DNA from: a virus
Direction: 5' to 3' (one strand)
Length of the DNA: 64,000 bases
Virus record (IMG/VR): IMGVR_UViG_3300027706_000269
Location: 27,817-91,816 of that record
The number at the start of each line of letters is the position of its first letter. Positions within the stretch are counted from its first letter, which is position 1. A program made the translations under genes and the position numbers. The notes under the pieces were generated by a model. It was not told where the DNA came from and did no database searches. It saw only the letters and a list, made by a program, of their open reading frames with translations. This document shows positions 19,943-28,688 of this stretch, in pieces.

Positions 19943-19976
19943 GACTATACGTCTGAGTGAGTTAGGACATCTTGTC
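19943..19976. promoter_or_regulatory. Two GAC-N5-GTC sites directly upstream of the M gene
   Basis: GACTATACGTC (19943-19953) and GACATCTTGTC (19966-19976); -10-like TATAGT and TAAAAT on the minus strand overlap or flank them. Confidence 0.65.
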
Positions 19977-20016
19977 GCATTTTAGCCCATGAGTCCACAG
20001 ACAACACCCCTTTGTG

Positions 20017-20214
20017 CCGGCCAAGTCATAATCCCCCAACGGCCCGCAGGCGATTGCCAACGTCGAGGTACTGGCCGCGATCGCCGAGCAGACCGGCCGA
20101 CCGGTGCGACTGGTGGCGATCAGCCATGCACAAGCGGTTGCAGGCATGCGCCAAGCCGGGAGGTCTGAGCTCCTCGTACAGGTCATGTCCAACCTCAACC
20201 GCTTCATTCAGTGA
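20017..20214 (+). pseudogene. Decayed fragment of an NmrA/SDR-family NAD(P)-binding protein
   Basis: AGQV-(frameshift/stop)-GPQAIANVEVLAAIAEQTGRPVRLVAISHAQAVAGMRQAG..., typical NmrA C-terminal pattern; no start codon. Confidence 0.55.
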
Positions 20215-20323
20215 GTCCGTGTGCAGCGAGGCTACAGCGCGCTCCCGCAGGTTCGGCGGGAAACGGACATACGCCCTAAACTTTCCGGTCTGGTCCGATG
20301 GATTGCGCAGGGGTTTGGGAAAT

Positions 20324-20355
20324 GAGTTCGAAATCGGTGGTTGTCTGCACCACCA
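20324..20355 (+). other. Candidate att junction between prophages A and B (degenerate tRNA 3'-end-like)
   Basis: GAGTTCGAAATCGGTGGTTGTCTGCACCACCA ends in CCACCA, contains a GGTGGT/ACCACC inverted repeat, followed by a terminator. Confidence 0.35.
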
Positions 20356-20362
20356 ATACCCC

Positions 20363-20392
20363 AAGGCCAACCGATCTCGGTTGGCCTTTTTT
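20363..20392 (+). terminator. Rho-independent terminator
   Basis: AAGGCCAACCGA-TC-TCGGTTGGCCTT followed by T-run. Confidence 0.8.
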
Positions 20393-20615
20393 CATGCCCG
20401 CAACGCCAGTATTGGCGCGGTTTCCGGGCGGCGCCTTGCGGACGCGCACGCCGTCTGGGCGCCGTTCCCGCCCCGACAGCGCCTCTCTGTTCTCGGTTTT
20501 TCTCTGCGGCCCGTGGTGGGAACCAGGGGCCACCTCCTTGTCTGACAAGGACTTAGAGACCCCCGGTTGTAGTCAGAAACTGCCTTGCGGCGGCGACCCG
20601 GGCGCGACGAAGCGC

Positions 20616-20644
20616 AAAAAAGCCGCCCGCAGGCGGGTGCGGCG
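20616..20644 (-). terminator. Terminator of the recombinase operon
   Basis: Minus strand GCCGCACCCGCCTGCGGGCGGC then TTTTTT. Confidence 0.6.
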
Positions 20645-20652
20645 GCGTGACA

Positions 20653-21117
20653 TCAGTCAAGCAACCGCACCTGCTCGCGCCAGCCGTAAGGCCAGGGGCG
20701 GCCCAGCACCTTCTCGACGGCGAGGTCGGGCGATCCGATCAGCCGCTCGACCACCTCGGGCGCGAGCAGCGTCAGCCGCATCAGGCGATGCACTTTGGAT
20801 ACATCCAGCCCTTCGGCCTGGGCGATCTCGGCCGCCGACGCCACCCGCCCCTCATGGAGCAGCCGTTGCCAGTGGTGCGCCAGCCCGAGCGCGCGCATCA
20901 ACGCCGTGTCCTTGGCCTCGGTGCGCGCCGGGCCGGCCCACGTCGAGTGAACCTCCACACCTTTCGGTGCGCCGGGCGGCGCGATCACCGCGCGCCGGAT
21001 GCCGCGCTGCACCAGCCGCCAGGGCACGAAGGTTTCCAGTTTCACGCCGCCCGCCGGCGTCGGCAGTTTCTGGGTGACCGGCGCTCCCTCGATGCGTCCC
21101 CGGTGCTTCGTGCTCAC
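20653..21117 (-). CDS. Recombinase-associated HTH protein, paralog 2
   Basis: ALGLAHHWQRLLHEGRVASAAEIAQAEGL..RLTLLAPEVVE. Confidence 0.8.
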   Translation of the reverse strand: MSTKHRGRIEGAPVTQKLPTPAGGVKLETFVPWRLVQRGIRRAVIAPPGAPKGVEVHSTWAGPARTEAKDTALMRALGLAHHWQRLLHEGRVASAAEIAQAEGLDVSKVHRLMRLTLLAPEVVERLIGSPDLAVEKVLGRPWPYGWREQVRLLD

Positions 21118-21497
21118 GCTTTCTCCTCGAAGCGCCGCACGATCTCGCGCTGGGCCGCCCAGTCCACCGGCAGCGGGTGGCGCTGGAACCAGATCAGGCT
21201 CATCCGGCGTGGCTGCCGCCCGGCCATCAGCATCTCGACGATGTCGGGCGCGAGCAGCGTCAGGCGCAGCAGCTCGTTGACCACCGAGTGGTGCAGCCCT
21301 TCGGCACGCGCGATGGCCGAGCCGCTGGGCATCGCGCCGCTGTCTAGCAGCCGTTGCCAGTGGAAGGCCCGTGCCATCCCTTCGATGAGCGTGCTGTCGT
21401 GCGCGTCCCGGTCCTCGGCCTGGTGCTGAACCAGCCGGCGCACGCCGCGCCGCCGCAGGGTCAGCGGCACGAAGGTCTCGAGCGTCCCGTCCTTCAT
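21114..21497 (-). CDS. Recombinase-associated HTH protein, paralog 1
   Basis: ARAFHWQRLLDSG..AIARAEGL..RLTLLAPDIVE; overlapping start/stop coupling. Confidence 0.8.
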   Translation of the reverse strand: MKDGTLETFVPLTLRRRGVRRLVQHQAEDRDAHDSTLIEGMARAFHWQRLLDSGAMPSGSAIARAEGLHHSVVNELLRLTLLAPDIVEMLMAGRQPRRMSLIWFQRHPLPVDWAAQREIVRRFEEKA

Positions 21498-22873
21498 GCC
21501 TCGACCTCCAGCAGCTCGGCGCCGATGCTCCTGGGCGCGAACTCGCCGATCAAGGCGTCCCAGCCCAGTTCGCGCCACTTCACCCGGATGCCCTGCATCT
21601 CGTCGGTGTGGACGAGATCGATGCGCTCGATCATCAGGTTGGCGATGCGGTGCTGCTCAACCGGGAAGAGCTGATCCCACACGTCGTTGAGGCGCCCCAT
21701 CGCCATCACGACCGTGGCCTCGTCGATCGGTGCGCCCTGGCGTTGGATGTGGCGCACGACGGCGGCGATGGATTCGGGGCTGGTCAGCACGGTGCGGATC
21801 TGGGCCACGACCGCCGCCTCGATCTCGCGGGCGGGCAGGCGCTCGTAGCTCTTGCCCGGCGCGCCGAAGCGGCTCTCGGACTTGGAGACGTAGTACTGGT
21901 ACTTGCGGCCGTTCTTGCGCGAGTACGTGGGGTACATGCGTTCGCCCGTCGGCGCGTACAGCAGCCCGCGCAGCAGCGCATCGTTGCGCGAGCGGATCTT
22001 GGTGTCCACCGACCGCGCGTGGCTGTCGCGGGCCAGCACCGCGTGAACCTGGTTCCACAGCTGGCGTTCGATGATCGGCTCGTGCACGCCGGGGTACCAC
22101 TGGCCCCGGTTCGACAACTCCCCGAGGTATATGCGGTTGCGCAGCACCTTGTGGATGTACTTCTTGTCGATGCGCGTGCCGGTCCGCACCCGCCCGTCCT
22201 GCGTCGTCCACGCCTTGGTCGTGATGCCCTCGGCGGTCAGGCGCGCTGCGATCTGCGTGGGTGAGCCAATGGTCAACATCTCCTCGAAGATGCGGCGCAC
22301 CACCGCCGCCTCGGCGGGGTTGACCACCAACTGGCGATTGACCACGTCGTAGCCGATGGTGGGCACGCCGCCCATCCACAGCCCCTTCTTCTTGGCCGCG
22401 GCGATCTTGTCGCGGATGCGCTCGCCCGTGACCTCGCGCTCGAACTGGGCGAAGGACAGCAGGATGTTGAGCGTGAGCCGCCCCATCGAGGTCGTGGTGT
22501 TGAACTGCTGCGTGACCGAGACGAAGGACACGCCGTGGCGCTCGAACACCTCGACCATCTTGGAGAAGTCGGCGAGGCTCCTCGTCAGGCGGTCGATCTT
22601 GTAGACCACCACGATGTCGATCAGCCCGCGCTGGATATCGGCCATCAGGCGCTTCAAGGCCGGGCGCTCGGTGTTGCCGCCGGAGTAGCCGGGGTCGTCG
22701 TAGTCGTCGGCCACCGGAATCCATCCCTCGGCGCGCTGGCTGGCGATGAAGGCGTGCCCGGCTTCCTTTTGCGCATCGATGGAGTTGAACTCCTGGTCGA
22801 GCCGCTCGTCCGACGACACCCGGCAGTAGACCGCACAGCGCTTGCGCGCCTTGGTGGAGGCGATTTCCGTCAT
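21494..22873 (-). CDS. Large serine recombinase (integrase)
   Basis: AVYCRVSS catalytic motif, YKIDRLTR, LLSFAQFERE, recombinase domain (NRIYLG, HEPII). Confidence 0.95.
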   Translation of the reverse strand: MTEIASTKARKRCAVYCRVSSDERLDQEFNSIDAQKEAGHAFIASQRAEGWIPVADDYDDPGYSGGNTERPALKRLMADIQRGLIDIVVVYKIDRLTRSLADFSKMVEVFERHGVSFVSVTQQFNTTTSMGRLTLNILLSFAQFEREVTGERIRDKIAAAKKKGLWMGGVPTIGYDVVNRQLVVNPAEAAVVRRIFEEMLTIGSPTQIAARLTAEGITTKAWTTQDGRVRTGTRIDKKYIHKVLRNRIYLGELSNRGQWYPGVHEPIIERQLWNQVHAVLARDSHARSVDTKIRSRNDALLRGLLYAPTGERMYPTYSRKNGRKYQYYVSKSESRFGAPGKSYERLPAREIEAAVVAQIRTVLTSPESIAAVVRHIQRQGAPIDEATVVMAMGRLNDVWDQLFPVEQHRIANLMIERIDLVHTDEMQGIRVKWRELGWDALIGEFAPRSIGAELLEVEA

Positions 22874-23316
22874 CAGGCGCCTCCCTTCAGGCCGAAGAAC
22901 AGCGGGCCGCTCCAATGCTGGCCGGTGATGTGCCGCGCCACGGCGGTCAGGCTCTTGAAGCGGCGGCCTTCGTATTCGAAGTGACCATCGGCGTCAACCG
23001 TCACCCGGTGCTCGCGCTCGCCCCATTCGCGTAGCAGCACGGTGCCCGGTGCGAAGTCGAACTTGCGCGGGCGCGCGCGCAGTTTGATCTTGGAGTGCTT
23101 CGCGCCGATGGCCTCAAGGCGCTGGCGCGTTTCGGGTGCGAGTCCGCCGAAGGCTTCTTCCTGCAGCTTGTAGGCGATACGGGATTCGACATGGGTGCGG
23201 TTCGGAAACTCCGGGCGCCGCTCGAAGTACCGATCCCAGAGCACCCAGAGTTCGGCCATCGGCAGGTGACTCAGCTCGGCGATCCGCGCCGCGATGGAAG
23301 CTTGTTTCTCGTTCAT
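22873..23316 (-). CDS. DUF2924 protein
   Basis: IAYKLQEEAFGGL, PGTVLLREW, SLTAVARHITGQHWSGPLFFGL. Confidence 0.88.
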   Translation of the reverse strand: MNEKQASIAARIAELSHLPMAELWVLWDRYFERRPEFPNRTHVESRIAYKLQEEAFGGLAPETRQRLEAIGAKHSKIKLRARPRKFDFAPGTVLLREWGEREHRVTVDADGHFEYEGRRFKSLTAVARHITGQHWSGPLFFGLKGGA

Positions 23317-23507
23317 CACAACTTCTCCTGTTGAGAGGGGGTTGTATGAACGCGCTGGTCGGGCAAGAAGCCAAGGCGAACCGCGCTCTGTTCCAGCCCG
23401 GAAGACCCGAGGGTACGGACGATGGCGGCCGCAAGGATGGTGGTGATTTCGCCAGCACGGGCGCTGGCGCTCATCTCTGCCGGAGATGCAAGTTCGAGGT
23501 TCTTCAT
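23316..23507 (-). CDS. Small hypothetical protein (contains motif copy 1)
   Basis: GGAG RBS, MKNLELASP..., stop overlaps DUF2924 start. Confidence 0.5.
   Translation of the reverse strand: MKNLELASPAEMSASARAGEITTILAAAIVRTLGSSGLEQSAVRLGFLPDQRVHTTPSQQEKL
23346..23375 (-). promoter_or_regulatory. Conserved bipartite motif, copy 1
   Basis: CTTGGCTT-CTTGCCCGAC-CAGCGCGTTCAT, about 30 nt upstream of DUF2924. Confidence 0.7.
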
Positions 23508-23611
23508 GACGGCTCCAGGGAATAGAAACCGCCAGGGATGATGTGCGCAGCTTTCCGAAGCGGATCGCAACGCCGATCAATCGGCGCGGCGCGCTGACGC
23601 CTCAACGGCGG

Positions 23612-25867
23612 TCAGACGTCTTCGGTGACTGCTTCGATCGCAGCGCTGCGCGTGTCGCTGTCATCGACGATCACTCGATCGAGTGGGGTCAGCTTCAGCT
23701 GCCACGCCCGCGTGCCTGGGACCTTTTCGAGATAGTCGCGCCAGGGCGAGTGCTTGCCGGTGAAGAGGTTGGCCGGAGACGTGCAGCCCGTGCCGGCCAT
23801 CAGCGCCTTCGTGTTGACGTGGGGCGTTCCTGCGGCCCAGGCCTCCACCAGCCGCTGCAAGACGGCGATCCTTGCTTTGCCCGTGACCCGCCACGGCGCC
23901 TTGCCCGGAAGGTACAGCGTCGCCGCGTGACCATCGGGGGCGACCTTGAGCGTCACCGTCGACCCGCCCATGGCCGCCAGTTGCCCGTGGCGATAGGCCA
24001 CCTTCAGCCGGTCCAGGTCGATGGCGCTGCCGTTGCCCGCATCGGCGAGCACATCCTCGATGGGAATGACGACATTGGTGCCGGCGAATGGCAGCGGCGT
24101 CGAGGTCGTCGTCAACACCACGCCCGCCACCGGGCGCGGACGAAGCCTCAGCGCAGCGTCGACTTTCGCGTACGCGCGCTCGTGGGACATCCTGGAGGCG
24201 AAGTACAGCGCCACGGCATGGCCGTCGATGTCGATCTCGCCAAGGAACACCGGCTCGTCGTCGAAGTGCCGACTGCGGGGTCCTTTCAAGGCCGATCCCA
24301 GCGCCGTGATCAATTCCTCGCGCAACCAGTCCAGCTGCACCTTCCAGCGCCGGGCGAGACGGGCCGGCATGACCACGTCGTTGCCCGTCAGAGGATCGCG
24401 GTAGCGCACGGTGTCGGCATCGGCGCAGCGTTCGAGCACCACCTTCATCGGCTCGCCTTCGTCGACGGGGACCGACAGCTCGGCGATGCGCTCGCCTTCG
24501 ATGAGGATGCCTTCGTCCTGCAGCCGCTCGATGTCGATGCCGAGCTTATGCAGTGCGAAGCCGTCCATCGGGCTGCTGGCGCTCTCCAGAAGCCGGGCCA
24601 CCTGCGCGATCAGGCTCGGATCGTCCCGCCCGCAGCCCGGGTGCAGCGGTTTGCGCACCCCCAGGGCCTCGAGCAGTTGCATCCCGGCGCGGCGCAGGCG
24701 TTGGTCTTTCTCGCCAGCCAGACTGCAGCGACCGGGCTCGGCCAGCACGATGGCCAGCGGGGTGGCCGCCGTCTCCCCCTCGAACACCAGTTCGGCCACC
24801 AGGGTCACACCGAGCAAGGCACCAGGCTGCGCGAAGGGGTGGTTGCCCCAGCGCTCGTCGATCACCTCGTGCAGTTCTGCGCCGCTGTCGATGTGCAGCG
24901 TGACGGCGTCCGTGGCATGCCCAAGCAAAGCCTTGGCTTCGGTCAGATACAGCCGCTCGATGCGGCCCCCGTCGATGCGCGGCTTGGTGTCCTTCAGTGG
25001 CCGCGCAAAGCGCGACAGATCGTAGCGCGAGCGGTCCAGCGGACGGTTCGACAAGGGGGCCTTGAAGCCGTGCCGGGACAGCACGTTGGCCAGCGGCGCA
25101 CGGGTGCCCAGCGTCGGGGCAAAGACTTCGACGAGCCCACGATGAGGCGCGTAGATGAGGGTGGCGTCGCGCGCCGGGAAGTAGAAGAAGCTCTTGCGCT
25201 GGCGGTTGCGCATCTCCACCGCGGCCACCTGATCGCCGGCGAAGCGCACCACGAGGTAGTGCGTCGTCTGGGTCTGGCCTTGCCGGTCCGGCTCCTCCAC
25301 GGCCACGTGGATGACCTCGCAGGGCTCAGCCAGCCGCATCGCCTCGGTGAGTTGCGCTTCCAGCCGGTCCTTGACCGCATCGTTCCACAGGAAGGGCGGC
25401 GCCTCGCCAGGCACGTCGAACGCGTCGTGCAGGCGTTTGAGCCCCTTCAGGTCCTGGGTGTTGACGATGGACTCGGCAGTGTCGAAGAGCTTGATCGAGG
25501 CCTCGCTGTGCGTGCGCATCCACACCGCGCGACCGACCTCGCCGCCTTCTTGCGCACGAAACCGTGCGAGCAGGTCCTCGTCGTAGAGCTGCTCGGCGAC
25601 GGTGGCGAGGATGGCGGCCCCGCGTGCGGTGCTCAGGCGCAGCACCCGCAAGGCTTCGCGCTCGGCCGGATCGCGCCGCTCCTTGCGCAGGTGCTTGATG
25701 TGCTCGATGAGGGCAGCGCTCAGCTCCTTGTCCGCCCGCGTCCAATCAAACCCGCGCTGCAGTCCCAGGCACTCGGGCAGGCCGGCGAACAGCTTGAGGA
25801 CTGAGGCCGGCACGCGCTCGACCAGCTCCAGCAGACAGTGTGCGTTGGTCAGGGTCTTCTTGCCCAT
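23612..25867 (-). CDS. Large conserved hypothetical protein, C-terminal winged-HTH-like; candidate regulator
   Basis: 751 aa, strong codon bias, GGAGG RBS; 25 bp downstream of PIN gene. Confidence 0.75.
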   Translation of the reverse strand: MGKKTLTNAHCLLELVERVPASVLKLFAGLPECLGLQRGFDWTRADKELSAALIEHIKHLRKERRDPAEREALRVLRLSTARGAAILATVAEQLYDEDLLARFRAQEGGEVGRAVWMRTHSEASIKLFDTAESIVNTQDLKGLKRLHDAFDVPGEAPPFLWNDAVKDRLEAQLTEAMRLAEPCEVIHVAVEEPDRQGQTQTTHYLVVRFAGDQVAAVEMRNRQRKSFFYFPARDATLIYAPHRGLVEVFAPTLGTRAPLANVLSRHGFKAPLSNRPLDRSRYDLSRFARPLKDTKPRIDGGRIERLYLTEAKALLGHATDAVTLHIDSGAELHEVIDERWGNHPFAQPGALLGVTLVAELVFEGETAATPLAIVLAEPGRCSLAGEKDQRLRRAGMQLLEALGVRKPLHPGCGRDDPSLIAQVARLLESASSPMDGFALHKLGIDIERLQDEGILIEGERIAELSVPVDEGEPMKVVLERCADADTVRYRDPLTGNDVVMPARLARRWKVQLDWLREELITALGSALKGPRSRHFDDEPVFLGEIDIDGHAVALYFASRMSHERAYAKVDAALRLRPRPVAGVVLTTTSTPLPFAGTNVVIPIEDVLADAGNGSAIDLDRLKVAYRHGQLAAMGGSTVTLKVAPDGHAATLYLPGKAPWRVTGKARIAVLQRLVEAWAAGTPHVNTKALMAGTGCTSPANLFTGKHSPWRDYLEKVPGTRAWQLKLTPLDRVIVDDSDTRSAAIEAVTEDV

Positions 25868-25892
25868 GCTCCCTCCGATACAGCGCGGTGCC

Positions 25893-26465
25893 TCACATGG
25901 CCATGACCCATGGGCGCATCACCGCCACCGATTGCGTCAGCCCCTGCGCCAGCAGGGTGTCCAGGTAGTCGTCCGCCGACTTGGGCGGGTTCTTCAGACT
26001 GCGGCGGTGGCGGGCGACTGCTTCGAGCACGCCGGCCGGGTGCAGATCCAGCAGATCGACGATGAAGTCGTCCGGATGCTGCGCCGCGAGGTTGTAGGGC
26101 TTGAGCGCCTCGGGCGGGAAGTCCTTGAGGTTGAAGGTCACGATGAGGCTGGCGCCGGCGTGGATGGCGGCCGCCACCACATGGCGGTCGCTGGGGTCGG
26201 GCAACTCGATCGAGGCAATCAGGTACTCGAAGCCGGTGACCAGGCAGTCGCGGACGTGGGCGTTCATCAGCCGCCGCGTGCGCTCGAGCTGTTCGACCGA
26301 GAGATCGGGACGGCTGGCCAGCACGTGGCGCATCCACTCGTCGTGAATCATGTCGCTCCAGCGCGCCCGGTACAGGTCCGACAGCGCCAGATGCATCAAC
26401 AGATCGCGCAGGGGCGCGGGATAGAGCACGCAGGCGTCGTAGACGACGGTGAAGTGCGAGCTCAT
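25893..26465 (-). CDS. PIN-domain ribonuclease toxin (PIN_3 family)
   Basis: VVYDACVLYP, LPDPSDRHVVAAA, IVTFNLKDFP. Confidence 0.92.
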   Translation of the reverse strand: MSSHFTVVYDACVLYPAPLRDLLMHLALSDLYRARWSDMIHDEWMRHVLASRPDLSVEQLERTRRLMNAHVRDCLVTGFEYLIASIELPDPSDRHVVAAAIHAGASLIVTFNLKDFPPEALKPYNLAAQHPDDFIVDLLDLHPAGVLEAVARHRRSLKNPPKSADDYLDTLLAQGLTQSVAVMRPWVMAM

Positions 26466-26469
26466 CCGC

Positions 26470-26931
26470 TCAGTACCCCATGCCGAGTTCCTGGGCCTGC
26501 GCGGCCAGTTCGTCGAGGGCCTTGCGGCGCTCGGCATCGATCCGGTGCTTGTAGGCGATCACGTCCTGGTAACGCACCCGACGATGCGTGCCGATCTTGT
26601 GGAACGGGATCTCGCCTTTTTCCAGCAACTGCACGAGGAAGGGCCGCGAGACGTTGAGCAGGTCGGCCGCTTCCTGCGTGGTCAGTTCGGCGTGGATGGG
26701 GATGACGGTGACGGCATTGCCCTGGCCGATCTCGGTCAGCACGTCCAGCAGCAACCGCAGCGCCGTCGTCGGCAGCGTCACTGAGCGCACGGCGCCCTTG
26801 TCGTCGTGGAAGTCGATCTGCTGGGTCTCGGCGCGCGTTTGCAGCACCGTCGAGAGCACGCGCCCGGATTCCCGAGCCAGCGCGACGTCCTCGGCTGAGG
26901 GCAGCACCTTGGGGATGGTGGGGGTCGTCAT
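26470..26931 (-). CDS. Excisionase-like HTH_17 DNA-binding protein (antitoxin partner of PIN)
   Basis: ELTTQEAADLLNVSRPFLVQLLEKGEIPFHKIGTHRRV. Confidence 0.92.
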   Translation of the reverse strand: MTTPTIPKVLPSAEDVALARESGRVLSTVLQTRAETQQIDFHDDKGAVRSVTLPTTALRLLLDVLTEIGQGNAVTVIPIHAELTTQEAADLLNVSRPFLVQLLEKGEIPFHKIGTHRRVRYQDVIAYKHRIDAERRKALDELAAQAQELGMGY

Positions 26932-26967
26932 GGGGCTCTCCTGGTCGGATCGGATGCGATAGGGGTC

Positions 26968-27004
26968 ATTGTAAACGAAACAAACGAAATCGCAATAACC
27001 GAAA
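26968..27004 (-). promoter_or_regulatory. Sigma70 promoter of the HTH-PIN-751aa operon with direct-repeat operator
   Basis: TTGCGA-16bp-TACAAT; AAACGAAA repeats at 26973 and 26982 fill the spacer; AACCGAAA at 26997. Confidence 0.7.
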
Positions 27005-27025
27005 AGACATTGTTCTAACCATACA

Positions 27026-27038
27026 AATCAAAGACTTA
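27026..27038 (+). promoter_or_regulatory. IHF-binding consensus
   Basis: AATCAA-AGAC-TTA matches WATCAANNNNTTR in an AT-rich switch region. Confidence 0.5.
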
Positions 27039-27157
27039 AGGCGCATGCCTGGCTCGCCACCGGTCGGGCCGCGCCCCGTGATCGCCTAAAAAGCACTCGC
27101 CCAAGCCCAAAGCGCCGGGCAATTCAATGAGGGCTCCCAAACAGAAGGAGCCCCGCC

Positions 27158-27421
27158 ATGCAGAAACACCCTGCATCTGTTCGATCCACCCGGAACTTCT
27201 ATCCGGCACCACCCGAAGGCACGACGCCGGTCGCGCTCAACGAGTTCGAACTCGCCGCCCGCTGGCGACTGTCCGTCCACACCCTGCGCCGCTGGCGGCA
27301 GGAGCAGCTGGGCCCGGTCTTTTGCAAGCTGGGCGCACGCGTCACCTACCTGATCAGCGACGTCGAGGCCTTCGAGCGGCGCGTCTCGCGCTACTCGACC
27401 TTCGCTCGGGCATACCAGTGA
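27158..27421 (+). CDS. AlpA/excisionase-like HTH regulator, first early gene
   Basis: LNEFELAARWRLSVHTLRRWR..GPVFCKLGARVTY. Confidence 0.85.
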   Translation: MQKHPASVRSTRNFYPAPPEGTTPVALNEFELAARWRLSVHTLRRWRQEQLGPVFCKLGARVTYLISDVEAFERRVSRYSTFARAYQ

Positions 27422-27431
27422 GGGGGCGGCC

Positions 27432-27911
27432 ATGAGCGACCTCACCCTCTACCCCGCCGACATCGCCGCGATGTCCGTCGGCCAGCTGGCTCAACTCCCG
27501 CCCGCCCAGAAGGCGCAGATCAGCCGCAACCTCGACGAAGCGCTCGCCTGGCTCAAGCAAGCCCGCGCCAAGTTCGACGCTGCGCTGGAGGCCGCCTACG
27601 GCGAGCAGGCCCGTGCTGCCCGCCTCGAGGCGGGCAAGGACTTCGGCGTCGTGCACCTGCAGGACGGTGCGCTGCGCGTGACGGTCGATGTCCCGAAGCG
27701 CGTGTCCTGGGACCAGGCGCAACTGGCGGCGATTGCCCGGCGCATCGCCGCCGCCGGCGAGAAGGTCGAGGACTACCTCGACGTCGAGTACTCCGTCTCG
27801 GAATCGCGCTTCTCCAACTGGCCGCCGGCACTGCGCGCCGGGTTCGAGGCCGCCCGCACCGTCAAGCCCGGCAAGCCCACGTTCCGGCTGGCCCTCGTCT
27901 CGGAGGAGTGA
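27432..27911 (+). CDS. Conserved phage early protein
   Basis: PKRVSWDQAQL, ARTVKPGKPTFRL; operonic. Confidence 0.8.
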   Translation: MSDLTLYPADIAAMSVGQLAQLPPAQKAQISRNLDEALAWLKQARAKFDAALEAAYGEQARAARLEAGKDFGVVHLQDGALRVTVDVPKRVSWDQAQLAAIARRIAAAGEKVEDYLDVEYSVSESRFSNWPPALRAGFEAARTVKPGKPTFRLALVSEE

Positions 27912-27914
27912 TCC

Positions 27915-28688
27915 ATGAGCACCGAACTGATCCCGTTTGATTTCGAAGGCCGTCCGGTCCGGGTCGTCACGGATGCCCAAGGCGAACCGTGGTTCGTCGC
28001 GGCGGATGTGTGCGCGGTTCTTGAACTGCCGAACACCACCCGCGCCCTGGCGCGGCTGGACCCTGACGAGCAAGCCCTGATCTCGATTCAGGGCATCTCG
28101 CGCGGCAATGACCAGGTCAACGTCGTCAACGAGCCCGGGCTGTACAGCCTGGTCCTCGGCAGCCGCAAGCGCGAGGCCAAGCGCTTCAAGCGCTGGGTCA
28201 CCCACGAGGTGCTGCCGGCGATCCGCAAGACGGGCAGCTACACGGCGCCAAGTGCACGCCCGACCCTGCCGGCACCCACCCAGGACCGCGTCGCCGCTCT
28301 GCTGCTGATCGGCGAGGCCGTGGCCAAGGTGCCGGGGGTCAAACCCGGCATCGCGATGGCGGCCACGCTCTCCTGCATCCAGGAGAACACGGGCTTGGCG
28401 GTCGAGACGCTGCGCCGCGCCCTTCCTGCCAGGGACACTGCCGCGAACGAGGCGATCTGCTCGCTCAACGCCACCCAGCTCGGCAGGCTGCTCGGCCTGT
28501 CGGCCAAGGCCACCAACCAGCGTCTGGCCACGCACGGCCTGCAGTTGCGCAACGAACGCGACGAGTGGGAACTGACCGAGGCCGGCGAGGCCTGGGCCGA
28601 AGCCATGCCGTACTCGCGCAACGGGCACAGCGGCTACCAGATCCTCTGGAACCCGGCGGTCGCGGAGCGGCTGAAGGAGGTGGCGTGA
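27915..28688 (+). CDS. BRO-N domain antirepressor-like protein
   Basis: FDFEGRPVRVV..EPWFVAADVC..VNEPGLYSLVLGSRKREAKRFKRWVTHEVLPAIRKTGSY. Confidence 0.9.
   Translation: MSTELIPFDFEGRPVRVVTDAQGEPWFVAADVCAVLELPNTTRALARLDPDEQALISIQGISRGNDQVNVVNEPGLYSLVLGSRKREAKRFKRWVTHEVLPAIRKTGSYTAPSARPTLPAPTQDRVAALLLIGEAVAKVPGVKPGIAMAATLSCIQENTGLAVETLRRALPARDTAANEAICSLNATQLGRLLGLSAKATNQRLATHGLQLRNERDEWELTEAGEAWAEAMPYSRNGHSGYQILWNPAVAERLKEVA

Larger units (their letters stand above)
1..20330 (+). mobile_element. Prophage A, right-hand part (tail, lysis, R-M cargo); extends beyond the left edge
   Basis: Co-oriented tail tube, chaperone, tape measure, tail tip, holin and lysozyme genes followed by lower-GC cargo; right boundary approximate. 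Confidence 0.85.

Noticed and set aside
19989-19998. ATGAGTCCAC as a C-box
   Set aside because: Single half-site and no C gene visible
20324-20355. Intact tRNA gene
   Set aside because: No cloverleaf can be built; only a 3'-end-like remnant
23612-25867. 751-aa ORF as a transposase / IS element
   Set aside because: No recognisable DDE motif, terminal inverted repeats or target duplication
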